64,000 nucleotides of DNA, taken from positions 62,001 to 126,000 of the forward strand of contig NW_003314295.1 of the NCBI RefSeq assembly GCF_000143415.4. The letters are read 5' to 3'. Below are positions 44,537-57,233 of the stretch, in pieces. The notes under the pieces were generated by a model. It was not told the origin of the DNA. It saw only the letters and a list, made by a program, of their open reading frames with translations, and made no database searches. Position 1 is the first letter of the stretch. Each line of letters begins with the position of its first letter. The DNA is from Selaginella moellendorffii. Taxonomy: Eukaryota > Plantae > Lycopodiophyta. A program made the position numbers and the translations under genes.

Positions 44537-44867
44537 TCGGGTGGGAAACTGATAAAACCATCGTGTCTGGGATTTTGCCAGGTGGCACTGGTGGGGCCGT
44601 TGAGCCGGGCAGTCAATCGGCGGCCAGTTCTTGTTGTAAAAAGGGGTTTTTTCTTCTTACCGCTGCAGTAAGAAATTCAAATTTTTGTCCCCCATTTTTG
44701 TCGAGGGTTCATTCTCAAACCTTTGCGAGTCGCGCTTCCATCGGCCCGGCGGCGGCGCGTCGATCGGGCAGAGGTTTGAGCGCTTGTAGGTTTGGATCTT
44801 TGCGCGCTGGGCTTGGATCGGCTGTTCGGGCAGGGCATTTTTGTGCTCCTCGATTCGAGCTCTCAAA

Positions 44868-47035
44868 ATGGTATGTTGTTTCCCTTGCTCCTGGGCGCCT
44901 TGGCTGATTTGAGGTGGTTCTATTTGCAGGGTTTCCTGTCTGGGGAAGAAGTGTGAGTGTTTGTGAATGGATGTATCTATGGTTTCTTGATGGACCTTGT
45001 GCATGCAGCGAGCAGCAAGTGTTTGCTACCGTTCACAATCTGGAGCATTGTGTTAAGTACATAAATCAGTCGCTTGTTGCCTATGGATTTCCAGCACCGC
45101 TCGAGCTGGGCTCGCAAAATCCGGTATGGAACATTTACTCTTTCTTTAGCAACTCACCAAGAAAAAATATTTTCAATGGTACAGGTTGCTGTTGCCAGAA
45201 CTTGCAACTGTTTGTTCGCGATACTTCAACAACGGCAGCACGATGTGGAGTTTAGAGAAACAGTCGATGATCAGCGACAAAGGTAAGTTCGCTTACTTAC
45301 GCTTGTTTGTGTCTAAGTAAGTTTTTTCAGGCTTTTATCTGACATTTCCCGGCTTGAGTCCAAAGTCGAGAGGCTCGAAACCAATCTCGCGGCCAAAGAG
45401 AGGGAGCTGTCCGGGATGCTCAGCAAGGTTTGTGTGTGTCTCTCAGTTCTTTGGGAATTATCACTCGTGCTCTCGTAATTACAGGAGCAGAAAATGACTG
45501 CTACTTTTAAAGCACAGCTTGAAAAGCTTCAGCAAGAGCGTGACGAGTTTCAGAGAATGGTAATCGGGACACAGGTATGTGATTTATCGTACAGGTAATA
45601 TATGTTCAATGATGGTCGCCTGCAGCAAATACGAACGCAGCAACTTCACGAGATAAAAAAGAAAGAGAAAGAATTCCTCAAACTTCAGGTAATGCTGATG
45701 CCATCTACTGGCTCAAGGGCCTAAACTCTGGAATTTTCTTAGGAACGACTGAATCAAGTTCTTGCTGACAAGAAAAAAGAATCAAGGTCGGGGATGGAGA
45801 TAATGAGTCTTCTACAGGCATGAATTTATCGCTTCTCTTTAGAGTTTCAATTGCGAAGTTACTGTAAACAGAAAGAAAGCCGTCAGCGTGGTACATGGAG
45901 CAGCAAGAAAGCCGATGGGGATTTCTACAAAATGATAGTAAGTGCCAGCGTAAAAGTATGATAAAAAAAAACTGCCGATGCTTTTGTTACAGGTGGATAC
46001 TTATGAAAGTAAAAAGCAAGAACTCATGACTGAAAATGCGGAGCTGAAGACACTTTTGCGGGCAATGCAGGTCCGTGTCAAAACGCTTTCCTAGTTAATA
46101 TTGAATGCTTAACAGATGGACATGAGAAACTTTTTGAACAATTCACAAACTTCTTGTGACAACGACTTGCCAGATCGTCCAGTAACTCCGCTTGGTGGAC
46201 GCGCGGTAAGCTGGTGCTTCACTTTTTCTATCTAGTTTCACATCGACTTCTCTGCAGGATTTGTTCGATCTTCCCTTTCACATTGCGAAAGACCAGATTG
46301 AGGAGAGTTTGCGCTCGAAAATGGCATCGATCAAGGTACACTTGCAAGCGTTACTTGTTTTTCTACATCGTTTCTCTCTTGATGCAGGAATACATTATTC
46401 AGTTTCAACAGGCTGAGAAGGGGATGCAGCTTGTCAGCGAAGCTACTGAGCGGGAACTTGAGCTGGAGGCGCAACTCGTTGAAGCTCGCAGCATAATCCA
46501 AGAGCAGGTGCATGCTTTCATGATAGGAGTTGTCGTCTGACTGACTATGTTCTATGCAGGCAGCTGCGATGAGCAAACTCTCCGAGTAGGAAACCATCAC
46601 TAGTTTGTTTTAGCAGTGTTACTTATGAGTGCATTCCCTTTGCAGGGGGTATATCGATGAAAATCATGTTGACGAGCTTCAAGGCTATGGATCTGGCTGC
46701 TCTCTCCTCCAAAGAATGTCGCACCAGCTCGACAAGGAGCGCTTGGAAATGGTGCAAGCAAAGGAGCGGCTTCAGGTATGTCCGAAACTACGGTTTTCTT
46801 TCATTTCCTATATGAAAATGACATTTGAGTATGAGCAGGAAGAGCAAGAAGCTTGGAACGTGAAGCTGAGCAAATGGACGTCTGAAATCGAATCGCCTAA
46901 CAAGGTAAGCGACGCAGCGTTCAAGCTTTTCGAGCTCTATCTCAACTTTTCTCACAGGTCCTCAATTGTAATGCGGAGGCGGCCAACAGAAGTCATGGAT
47001 TCTGTGGGGGGCTAACGGAATCGTACGCAGTGTAA
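44868..47035 (+). CDS. MSD1: Afadin/alpha-actinin-binding (ADIP/SSX2IP/Msd1) coiled-coil protein, many exons
   Basis: NLEHCVKYINQSLVAYGFPA, ARTCNCLFAILQQRQHDVEFRE, LQQERDEFQRMVIG, RQRGTWSSKKAD and TERELELEAQLVEARSIIQEQ. Confidence 0.88.
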
Positions 47036-47180
47036 ACCAGGAAAGCGAGCATTGGGCTGTGCTGCTCATCGTCAACCTCTGGTTCTCGTGATCAATCAAA
47101 GTTTGGTTTCGAAAGTGGCTCAGTGGAATCGAACCAAGGGTGGGGTGTAGGGCTTTAGATTTCTTCTTGGTTTTGAGGCG

Positions 47181-47595
47181 ATGGCAGCTCCAGGGAAGGC
47201 TTTGCTTACTGCTGGCCTTGCCGCGGTGGGCGGCATTGTCACGCTTTCGCTCATCTCCACCGTCTCACTGCGAGCATTCAAAGCTGTCGTGGATAAAAAC
47301 CGGGTAAGCAGTTTACGGCTCTTCTCGTTTGACGTGGTTTTTTATCATTTCCAGAGAAAGGTTGCACCGCCCTGCCAAGTTTGCAAGGGGAAAGGATTTG
47401 TTCCATGCAAGCTCTGCAAAGGCAGCTCCACCGTTAGCTGGTCGCCATTGTTTGATCCGGTCTTCATCAAGCCTTGCGTCTGCCCAACCTGCGAAGGCAA
47501 CAGGTAGCTACTCGCATCTTGATCGATTTCTTCTCACCATTGCTTTGTCCAGAGTACAACGTTGCCTCAATTGCATTGGCAACGGCTTCGTCTAG
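47181..47595 (+). CDS. Small DnaJ-like CxxCxGxG zinc-finger protein with N-terminal TM, 3 exons
   Basis: CQVCKGKG, CKLCKGSS, CPTCEGNR and CLNCIGNG. Confidence 0.88.
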
Positions 47596-47836
47596 AAATA
47601 CTTTAACTTTGAGCGTGCAGCGTGTGAACAAAAGTGGAAACTTTTTTTTCTTTTTCAGTTTTCTTTCTTTTCCAGTTGGTTTTTTTTTTTTTTTTTCCTT
47701 CTCTTTTGGTAGATCGCTTTACCGCGTTTCGGCTTGCATGCAGAGAACACGTGGCCATCTCTTCTTGAGCCAAATGGTAAGTGCCCGAGGTCTTTATAGT
47801 GTCTTGTTGCGAGTGTTAACTCCCCTCCTTGATTGA

Positions 47837-50069
47837 ATGGGAGCCTGCAGTATTGCATTCTTCTCAACTTTGAGGAGACGGGGCGTTGTTTCGAAGCTCG
47901 GGAGGGCTCCAACGTTTTACGTGGTAAGGAGCCAGTTTCTTCAAACTATTCGTTTCTTCACGGCTGTTCTTCTAGTGAACGCAGAGTAGGATATCATCAA
48001 TGGCTAAAGAAGCAGCAAGCGCCGAGGCTGTGGCTAATGTCCCCGGCCTCCGGCATACTGTGTGGGATCAGGACCAGCAGCTTCCGAAGTATCCCCGGAT
48101 CGCGAAAGACGAGTCCGCTGATGTTGTGGTCGTGGGTGCTGGTATTGCTGGCATGAATGTTGCCTACAATCTTATCAAGGAGGGGAAGTCTGTTATAGTA
48201 CTGGAAGGAAGGACTAGAGGTTTGTCCCTTTCGTGCTTGTTTTTTTTTTCTTTTCATTTCTTGCATTTTGTCCCTGTGCTTGACGAAGCGTTGTTCAGGT
48301 AGTGGACAAACAGGGAGAACCACGGCTCACATTATGCCCTGGAATGACGACTTCTACTATATGCTAGAGCAGCAGCACGGTGCTCAGGTGGTTAAACATG
48401 TGGCTGAAAGCCATAGAAGTGCGATCGAATGGGTTGCCAACACTGTTCAGGAGGAAAAGCTCGACTGCCACTTCAAGCGCCTGGATGGGTATCTGTTTCC
48501 GTGCAATGAATCCTCTACTGAGCACGATAAGTTACAGAAGGTTCGTGTATATACTGCTACGAGCTAGTTCAAAGCTGACACGGACTTGATGACAGGAGTT
48601 TGAGGCTTGCAAGAAATTCGGGTTTGATAGCGTGGAGCTGGTGGACTTGGGTGGTGATCCTTCGGTCGGCAAGATTCACAAGGCATTGCGATTTCCCGAC
48701 GCAGCCGAGTTTCATCCTCTTATGTAAGCAGTGTTTACAAAGCAGCTTCTATAGTGTTGACGCAGCCTTTTCTTCACAGGTATATAAACGGATTGGCCGA
48801 AGCATTCGTTCGTCGGGGTGGTAAAATTTACGAAATAAGTAGAGTGATGGAGATAGATGGAGGAAGTCAAGTTAAAACAGCGGACGGCGTCAGTGTTAGC
48901 ACCGGAGCTGTGGTTGTGGCAACGAACTCCCCTTTGAACCATGACCTGTTCGTGCACGCACGCCAGGCAGCCAGCCATTCGTATGTTGTAGGCTTGAAAG
49001 TTCCTAAAGGCTCTGTCAGGTATTGTTTTGCTTTTGGTTTTGTCTCATTCCCCAGACACTAGACATTTTTTACTATTTGCTTCAACAGGACAGCCGAGTG
49101 GTGGGATACTGATTCGCCTTATCATTATGTGCGGCTGGAAGAGAAAGATGGCTACGACGTTTTGATTGTTGGCGGTGGTGACACAAGCACTGGAATGAAG
49201 CCTTCCGAGTACAAGGATACTTACGGGGAGCTGGCCAACTGGGCTCGAGCGCGTTGGACGAGCGCTCAAGAAGTTCTTTACACATGGACAGGACAGGCAA
49301 GAAAACAATGTACCACTGGTTTCGATGACTAAATCTTCCCTCGCAATACAGGTCTTTGAACCGGCAGACAAACTGCATCTTATCGGATTGGAGCCTCTGG
49401 AGTCCCTCAAAGGCAGCAATCAGTACATCGTGACAGGTTCGTAGTCGTTCTTATGCTTCTCTCCTTCTCCTTTCTTTCCAAGTTGAGATGTGTGGTATAG
49501 GTGATAGCGGCCAGGGAATGACAGGAGGAACTATCGCGGGGATCCTCATCAGAGACCTCATATTGGGACGGCCGAATCCATGGGCTGCTGTCTATAGTCC
49601 AAAGCGGTTGCTGCCGCTGGACGTGTCGACAATTAAATCTACGGTGGAAGAAGCCAATCACACGTTCCAGGTAGATACACGAGGCTGATTTCACTGTGGC
49701 TAAAATGCTACCATGCAGGGATTGAAAGATACCGTTCCTTTCTTGGGAACGGACAGTGTGGACATCGAAGATCTCCAGACGAGTCACGGAGCTGTGATCC
49801 AGACCGGATTGCACAAAGTTGCTGTTTACAAGGACGGCAATGGAAGAGTTCACCGCCACTCCGGTACGTTTATCTATCGAAAAGAGAATTAAAATTCCTT
49901 CGCCAACTTCGTTTTATCTTTTGTTGCAGCCGTATGCCCACACATGAAGTGCATTGTGAAATGGAATCCTGTCGATAGCACATTCGATTGTCCCTGCCAT
50001 GGATCCATTTTCGACCCTTACGGCAAAGTCATCAACGGCCCAGCAAAGGCCGATCTTTTTGAGATCTGA
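47837..50069 (+). CDS. FAD-dependent oxidoreductase (DAO family) with C-terminal Rieske [2Fe-2S] domain, YhfW-like; putative transit peptide
   Basis: DVVVVGAGIAG, GSGQTGRTTAH, TGDSGQGMTGGTIAG, and Rieske ligands VCPHMKC and FDCPCHGS. N-terminus MGACSIAFFSTLRRRGVVSKLGR. Confidence 0.9.
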
Positions 50070-50125
50070 GAGGTGGAACGAGAAAGCTTTCGTTTAATGG
50101 AAAAAGAGATTCTCGTTTTCGCATA

Positions 50126-52429
50126 TTAGTTGTTCCCTGTCCTTTCTTCCATCCTTCGGTCCCAGTCGGCAGCATCATAACTTTGCTCTAGCAAATCCTT
50201 CTCGGTTGTGTAAACAATGCGGTCCTTCCCTATGATTGTTCTTTCGGCTTGCCGCCGCGCACTGCGTAGCTGTTTACAGTGGAAAGGACATGGTGAATGA
50301 GAGCACTCAGCGAAGTTTAGGAAAGGATACCTTCTCGCGCAAGGTCGCGTCAGGAGCTCTCAGGCGCAGCGCTCTCTCCTTTCTCGCCAGGTTACGCCCC
50401 TCGATCTTGGTGTTTTTCTGTTGGACTTGAAACCACCGGAAGATCGGGATCGCGAAGAAGGCTACCGTGTAGGCCTGTTCAGCTGCGTGTTGGATGGAAG
50501 CAAAATACTGTTTCTATATTACCTGTAGCACTGGGAATGCATTTGAAACGAACTGGAGGAGCCCTCCCATTTGAGCAGTGATGGCAGCGTCCCTGGAAAG
50601 ACAAAGTTGGCGAGTTAAAATTCGAAGAGTTTACACATTAACTGAAACTGTACTTTAACAAGCTACCCAGTGTCAAGACTCCGAGTAGATTGAACGCTCC
50701 TAGCGCAACAACAAGAGTTTGGTCTGTTTGCTTGGCTCGGCTGTGTAAAGAAAAAAAGAAAAAAGAAACACTTAGACAAGAGATGAGATACAACAACACA
50801 CACCTGAAAGGAAGAGGAGCTTCTTGGAGATACTGGAGCCTGTCACCGTTGTGACTTTTCCAAGCTTGATTGGCTGCAGTGCGTTGCAAAGATGGGAAGC
50901 GATACACGATGTTTCCCTGCAAGGAGTGACGTTGCTAAAACGACGCAGAATATCAGAAAGCTTACTCTAGCATCGACTTCAGGTTGGCCATCGAATCGTA
51001 AGAGAACTGGCAAAACAAACGACTCATCGTCCTGCCAAACCAAAACAGAATAAAAAAGAGAAAACAGAATAAAAAGCGTTGAAAACAAAACAGCGTACCT
51101 TGTTGTTTTCATCCAAGGCCGAGACATCTAAGTAAGGTGCAAGCTCTTCTGCAGTTACCACGCCACCTTTAGCAGCAATTTCTTCTCCAATCTGGAGATG
51201 CAAAACGTAATCTACTTTAGAACAAAAAACGACTCATAGCACCCTCAAATACGGACATTTAAGAGTTTCTAGAAGTGACTCTTACCGCCTGCCACCGAAC
51301 TTCGTCCAGTCCTTCATTGGGATCAGGGTCTCCAAATACGAACGAGAACACCTGCAAAAGAAACAAAAGAGAAAACGTTAGCAACGATTTCGATCTCTAA
51401 AGGTATGCCACGCACAGATTCAAGGAAATTCATGCCCTCTGTTCTTTTCTTCCTCCTTCTATAATAGTAAGGGTCCCAATACCTGCAGAGTTAGTTAGCT
51501 CTCTCTTCCTTGCAAAATCGCGACTACCAAAACAAGTCGAATGGACTGACGTAAAATGAGAATCCACTTCCGCGTGAGCTATAGCCACCTCGATTATTTC
51601 GATTGTCATCTTCACTGCAGACGATTTTCACTCCAAACATTTCAGAACAATCGTATCAAAAGGAGAAAACAAGAATAAACAACACCAACCTCCGCGCAGA
51701 CGAAAGCAGCACAAAGATCGATGTGTAAACAATCACCAGAGATGCAATAAGTGTCGTTCCAAACGAGACGCGTATCAAGTACTCCGCTCCAGCCTACCAA
51801 GAGCCAGTTAAAAGTCTTGTAGAAAACCAAAGGAAATCACACACACCTTAAGTTTGCTCAAGGCTGGTTCGATCTTGAGCCGGAAAGATTTCGCCAGCAA
51901 ATTCGATCTATAGTCCTTGGAAAACACGTAAAGCACGTCTCCTTCGTCCGAGACCTGGCACAGTGGCAGCACGCAAAGTGAGAAAAAAAAAAATTCAAGA
52001 TCATCCATGATCCTACAAACAAACCTCTAGAAATCCTCCAGTATCAGCAGCGAGAGCTTGCAAAGCGCTCTGAGCCTCGCTAACTTTGAGCCCGGCATTG
52101 GTCGCAACATCACCGACTGTCACTCGTCCACCCAGCGTATCAATCGCTTTCATGGTCCTCTCCCTCACCGATGGAGCCAACCTATCAGTCTCGATTTGCT
52201 CTCCAATCCGGAGGCCCGAGCCGGCCGCTCTACATTCCAGCCGAATCCTCCGAAACAAGCTCGTTCCAAGCTCGCCTCTCCTCCGGCCTCCAATGATCAC
52301 CACACCCAAAACATCCCCTCCTCCTCCTCCATTCGCTGCTCTAGCCACCGGCGTCTTGTTCCTGGAATGGACTGCGTAATCCACGCATCCCTTGCACGAG
52401 ACGAGGTAGCCGCATTGAATTGCCGCCAT
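50126..52429 (-). CDS. Conserved plastid/cyanobacterial-type membrane protein (At5g03900-like)
   Basis: MKAIDTLGGRVTVGDVATNAGL, ALQALAADTGGFLEVSDEGDVLYVF, VFSFVFGDPDPN, GGVVTAEELAPYLD and PVLLRFDGQPEVD. Confidence 0.88.
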
Positions 52430-52599
52430 GGCGAGCGGTCGATCATCCCATTCCTGGCAGCGCGCTACCTAGCTAAGAGCTCTTACCTCCGGCGCGAGCG
52501 CTCCACAGCCAGAGCCAAAATATTTTCTCTCTTAGGGCTTTCTAGTGGCTATGATTTTGCCGCATATGAGCCGTTGGATTGGTGTTCGTGGTTCCAGCC

Positions 52600-54012
52600 A
52601 TGGCCAAGCACGTCATTGTGACTGGAGGAAACAGCGGTGAGATGGAAGAGTTTCTTCTCGCGAGAGTTCCTTGGCGTGACAATGTGCTTCTTCTCTCCAG
52701 GGATTGGCAAAGCCACGGCATTGGAGCTTGCGAAGAGGGGAATGGCGATAACACTTGGTTTGGTTCTTTTGAAGTATCCACGCGATCTTCTCGAGTTTTT
52801 ACTCTTTCGTGCTCTTGGGCAGCTTGCCGGAATGTGGAGTCGGGCAGTAACGCTGTGAGGGAGCTCATCTCCTTGACGGGAAATCAGTCGATCAGGTAGA
52901 GGTGTTAAGATAAGGAGATTAGAATTCATGGTCGTGACTCCATCGACTTTAAGATCCATGCAATGTGATCTTGCATCGTTTCGTTCCATACGGAAGTTTG
53001 TAGACGAGTACAGACGAGCAGGGTATCCTCTACACGTCCTGGTACGTTTGGAGATCTTTGTAAAACCTCTGGATATGGAGACACTGGCAGATAAACAACG
53101 CTGGAGTCATGGCATGTCCACTGGACTTCACGCGAGATGGTTTTGAGATGCAGTTTGGGGTAAGCCCAAACTTCTCGATCCAAGGAAGCTGAAAGAAACA
53201 AATTTCTGGCAAGACCAATCACTTGGGCCATTTTCTCCTGACGATCCTACTTATGGAGCTTCTTCATTCGAGCGCAACAAAACTGAGGTACAGTACGTGC
53301 GTTCGTTAAAGTGTTCTAGGTAACCAAAATCACATTTTTGACAGGAAAACGTCAAGAGTCGTGGTCCTTGCCTCCGAGGCCGAGAGGATCGGACAGCTCG
53401 ACTTTGAGGATCTGAATTTCTCTAATAAGAGAGGTACTATAGCTCTTATCGATTTGTTTAAAAACTTCTCCATATCAGTTTACAATCCGTGGCTAGCATA
53501 CGCCCAATCCAAACTCGCAAACTGCCTCTTTAGCCTCGAGCTCAGCCGACAATGCGAGTCTCTCAACCTTCCAATCACATGTAACTCTATCCACCCGGGC
53601 ATCGTGGACACCAAGGTTCGATTTTTTAAAATCTTTGCAAGCGATTTGAGATATCACGTATGAGATCCTTGGCAGCTCATCAGGCATGTTTTTCCTGGAG
53701 CCATGGCTGACACTTCGGAAGGCAAAGTGCGTTCCATCTTGCGCAAACTGATTGGTCTTCGAGTAAGTAGAAAAAGATCTCTCTTTGGTGTGTTTTACGA
53801 GCATTTCTTTTTGTCTTTCGCCGCAGTCTCCACTTGAAGGTGCTCAAACGGCGATACACCTCGCAACCTCGGACGAAGTCGAATTTGTCACGGGCCAGTA
53901 CTTCAAGAACTGCTGCGTTGCAAAGCCGAGCTCCCAGGCCATGGATAAGACTATCGCTCGAAAGCTGTGGCAAGTTTGCGAGGAGCTCACCGGTGATAAG
54001 CTCAATGTGTAA
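52600..54012 (+). CDS. Short-chain dehydrogenase/reductase (retinol-dehydrogenase/TIC32-like)
   Basis: VIVTGGNSGIGKATA, CDLASF, LINNAGVM, FGTNHLGHF, catalytic YAQSK and IHPGIVDT. Confidence 0.92.
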
Positions 54013-57000
54013 GAGAAGGCTTATAATACTCTTGGGATGGGACGTTCCACTGAGAAGAAAAACAAGCCATGGAATCTCTCTGGAAGTAAAAAAAAAACAT
54101 GCCACTTTATGAACGAGATCCCACTTGCAGCCTTTAAAAATTGCAAGTTTTCCAGAAGGAAAAAATTAAAGGACCAGGTCGACAAATCGCTGATGGAGTT
54201 AGCAGTGATTTTGCAATTGTCTTTATGTTTTCCAACCGAAGAAAAAATGGTATAGAAGTTATTGATTGTCTCAATGTGACAAGCTCTGGCGTGACTTAAC
54301 AAGGTTACATGCAGTGCTCATGGTGATCTTGCGATCACACGAAGACAAGGGAACAAAAGAAACGAAAACAATCCATCCAAGCCAGTACTACACGAACGAG
54401 TGTGAGTGAGAGTGAGAGCGAGAGAAAGAAAGAGATGTCCCTTGCTTGCTGTCAATCCAATGCCTTGACCGATCCAAGGAGCGAGAAAATCTAGTTAAAA
54501 CACCTTGTGTCACTCGTGAAGCCTACCGGATTGACAATGATGATTCGTTCCATCTCGCAAACCGGAGAGATTTGGGCGATCGAGAAATCAAAGCAATCGC
54601 TTGAAAATGCGCGAGGAGATGGATCCATAGATGCGAAAGAAAGCGATCAGGTGGATCAAACCATTGTTTACGCGCCAAACTCCGCCAAGGCGACCCTACC
54701 CCATGTGTGTTCTTGGAATTCTTCTCTGGTTTGGTACCAGCTAAACTATAGTATATTCGTCGCATTATTATACTAAACCATCCCTGGGGTGGTACCACGT
54801 GGCGTACAGCATAGCAGGCCGTGGGGGGGAGCTGCCACGCGTCAGGGCTGCAGGGGCCCACTTGTCCCATCGGGGGACCCTTAGATTCGGCGGATTCATT
54901 GCACTTGAAATCGTGCGGCGGGCGCGGGCACAGGCCGACGTCAGCATTCTTCCTCCTCTCGCGGTTTTTGATTTTAGGGTTTCTTCGAGTGCTCAAAGCT
55001 TTTGTCATAGCGTAATGATTGACGCAAGGGAGTGAGCCCTGTTCTAGAAGATCTCTAGACCCTATAAGCTGGATCTTGAAAGGCGTTCCGGCCATTTCCA
55101 CACATACGACGACAAAGGGACCAAATCGGATTTATCCAACCATAGGGTGGAAGGATTGGAAGAAGAAGACGGCAACAAGGATGTTTGGATTGGATCTTCT
55201 TTTCTTCGCGACACGAGAGGTCCACACGGAATGTGGGTGCGCCATGATCGGCCACCACCCACGATCCAACGCCCAGAGACCGCGACACGTGGACGCCCAC
55301 ATCTCGCCAGCTTTGGACTCGCATGGGTTTTGGCCTCGACTTCCACCGACGATCATTCCTCCTGCTGGGAATCATACCAAAAAAATGAGAGAGCTTTGAG
55401 GATTCCAAGACCGCAAATTCGCTTGTTTATGATCTACGGCAGTGTGTTGTTTGTTCTTCTTGTTGACACAAAGGAGAGATTCACTGCGCTGTGCTCCTCC
55501 TCTCGATCGATCCCTAAGTTTGTCATCTACCTCAACCTGGAAAACTACAAATTTCGGGAGCTTCCCTTGTCCCAATGCCGCGGGGATAAATTCGGTGCTT
55601 GGCTGGTTGGTTGGCGAGGATTGTAATCTCTGTGCTCTGTTACAACATCACACTGAAAATATTGTCTGTGAAATGAGTAAACCCAGAGAATCTTACCCTT
55701 GACCCAGCCATTCCACACCAGACGCGTGCTCTTTTACCACGGGGGGAAGGAAAAGTCAAAACCCGTCAGTGAGCGTCACGGGGACGTCACTTCACGTGCG
55801 AGCTCCAATCTTTGGAAATTTTAGCTGTTTGATCGCTCACAAAGTTAAGGTGCCCGAGTCCCAAACAAAAGCCTCGCATTCGCGTTATAATAAGCGAAGA
55901 TCTCCAACATTAAATCGTTGTGTGGGTTTTAGGGTTCTTGCTTGGCAGGTGGTCAAGACAAAGCATTGGAAGGAAGAAACACTGTCCCTGTCATGCAACT
56001 AGAATATTAAGGCAATGTGACAAGGAAGAAAAATAATAGAGGGGCCTTATGTAATATCTGCCACGGGACCAGCCAGTTGTTGTTGTTGACAAAAAATATA
56101 AGCGTAGTTTTCCTTTCCAAGGTTTGAAATATTTTGGCATTGTCTCTCGCTAACTTGGAGCTTTGGCATTGTTAAAAATTTTCCAGATCAATCACGGGCT
56201 AGTGGGTGCCGCTGATGCCCGCGCACACAAAGTCCTTTTGTCCTAAATTTGCCCGGTCGCAAAAGCAACGACACAATCTAAGTCACTCTGGCCTGGGCTC
56301 TCGAGACTTTCAAAGGAGCTTGACCACCCCTCTCAAGCTCAAAGCTTAATCTATGCGTTTGTGTTTTTCCTTGTGCTTGGATGGTGTGATCCAGATGTAA
56401 GATCACAGCTTAGGGAATGGCGTGACAAGCTATCTCTCTTTCTCTCGCGCGCAAATGCCTTGTACAGGGAATCGCATCCGTTATAACGTAGTTTACTGCC
56501 TCAAATATTCCAATGGATGATAGGTACTCGAAGACACGGAATCCCTGCTTTGCTTTTCCACCACTGTTTGGATTGTCATTCCAAAAGGCGGGAGCACAAT
56601 ATATTCCTGCAATTTCCAGCATATATAAGGGATGCTGATACTACTCATCTCCGCCCATCATTCCTCCTGGCTTTGCAACTTTGGTTCCAAACAGCTTGCT
56701 TGCTAACAAGCAACACTTAGTTTATACACACAGCATTGTTTGTAGCTGCCGCATTTTCTAAGGCTCTAAACTCCACGCGAGAGCTTTTGCTTCCTTGATC
56801 CTTGACAAAACCACGCGTCTCTAACTTAATCCAAAAGCCCAAGCGAGAGAGGCGGCCCACCATCGCCAAGCTCATACATCCCGCCCTCACAAAGCCCCCA
56901 AAGTTGACAAATTGCGCTGCGAAACCATCTGGATGCACTGGAGACCTCAGCTTCACGTCAGGCATCAAGCGCCGAGGCAAGTTGCTTGCGTTGCTTGCGA

Positions 57001-57207
57001 CTTCCCCTCCCGTATTATCTGTTATTATTAAAACCCTCTCCTCATAGCAATGCCGCTGCCACCCTGCCCGTGATGTCACTCACACACTCTTGCATTCACT
57101 AGTTTTAGGCAAGGGGAAAAGAAAACCAAGCACCCAAATCCACAATCCTTTCCTCCAGGACCTCCAGGACGCTAATCTAGTTATAAGCTACGTAAAAAAC
57201 ATCTCCT

Positions 57208-57233
57208 CCTCTCTCTCTCTCTCTCTCTCTCTC
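57208..57233. repeat. (CT)n microsatellite; further (GA)n tracts at ~57564-57584 and ~60474-60497
   Basis: Direct dinucleotide runs. Confidence 0.85.
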
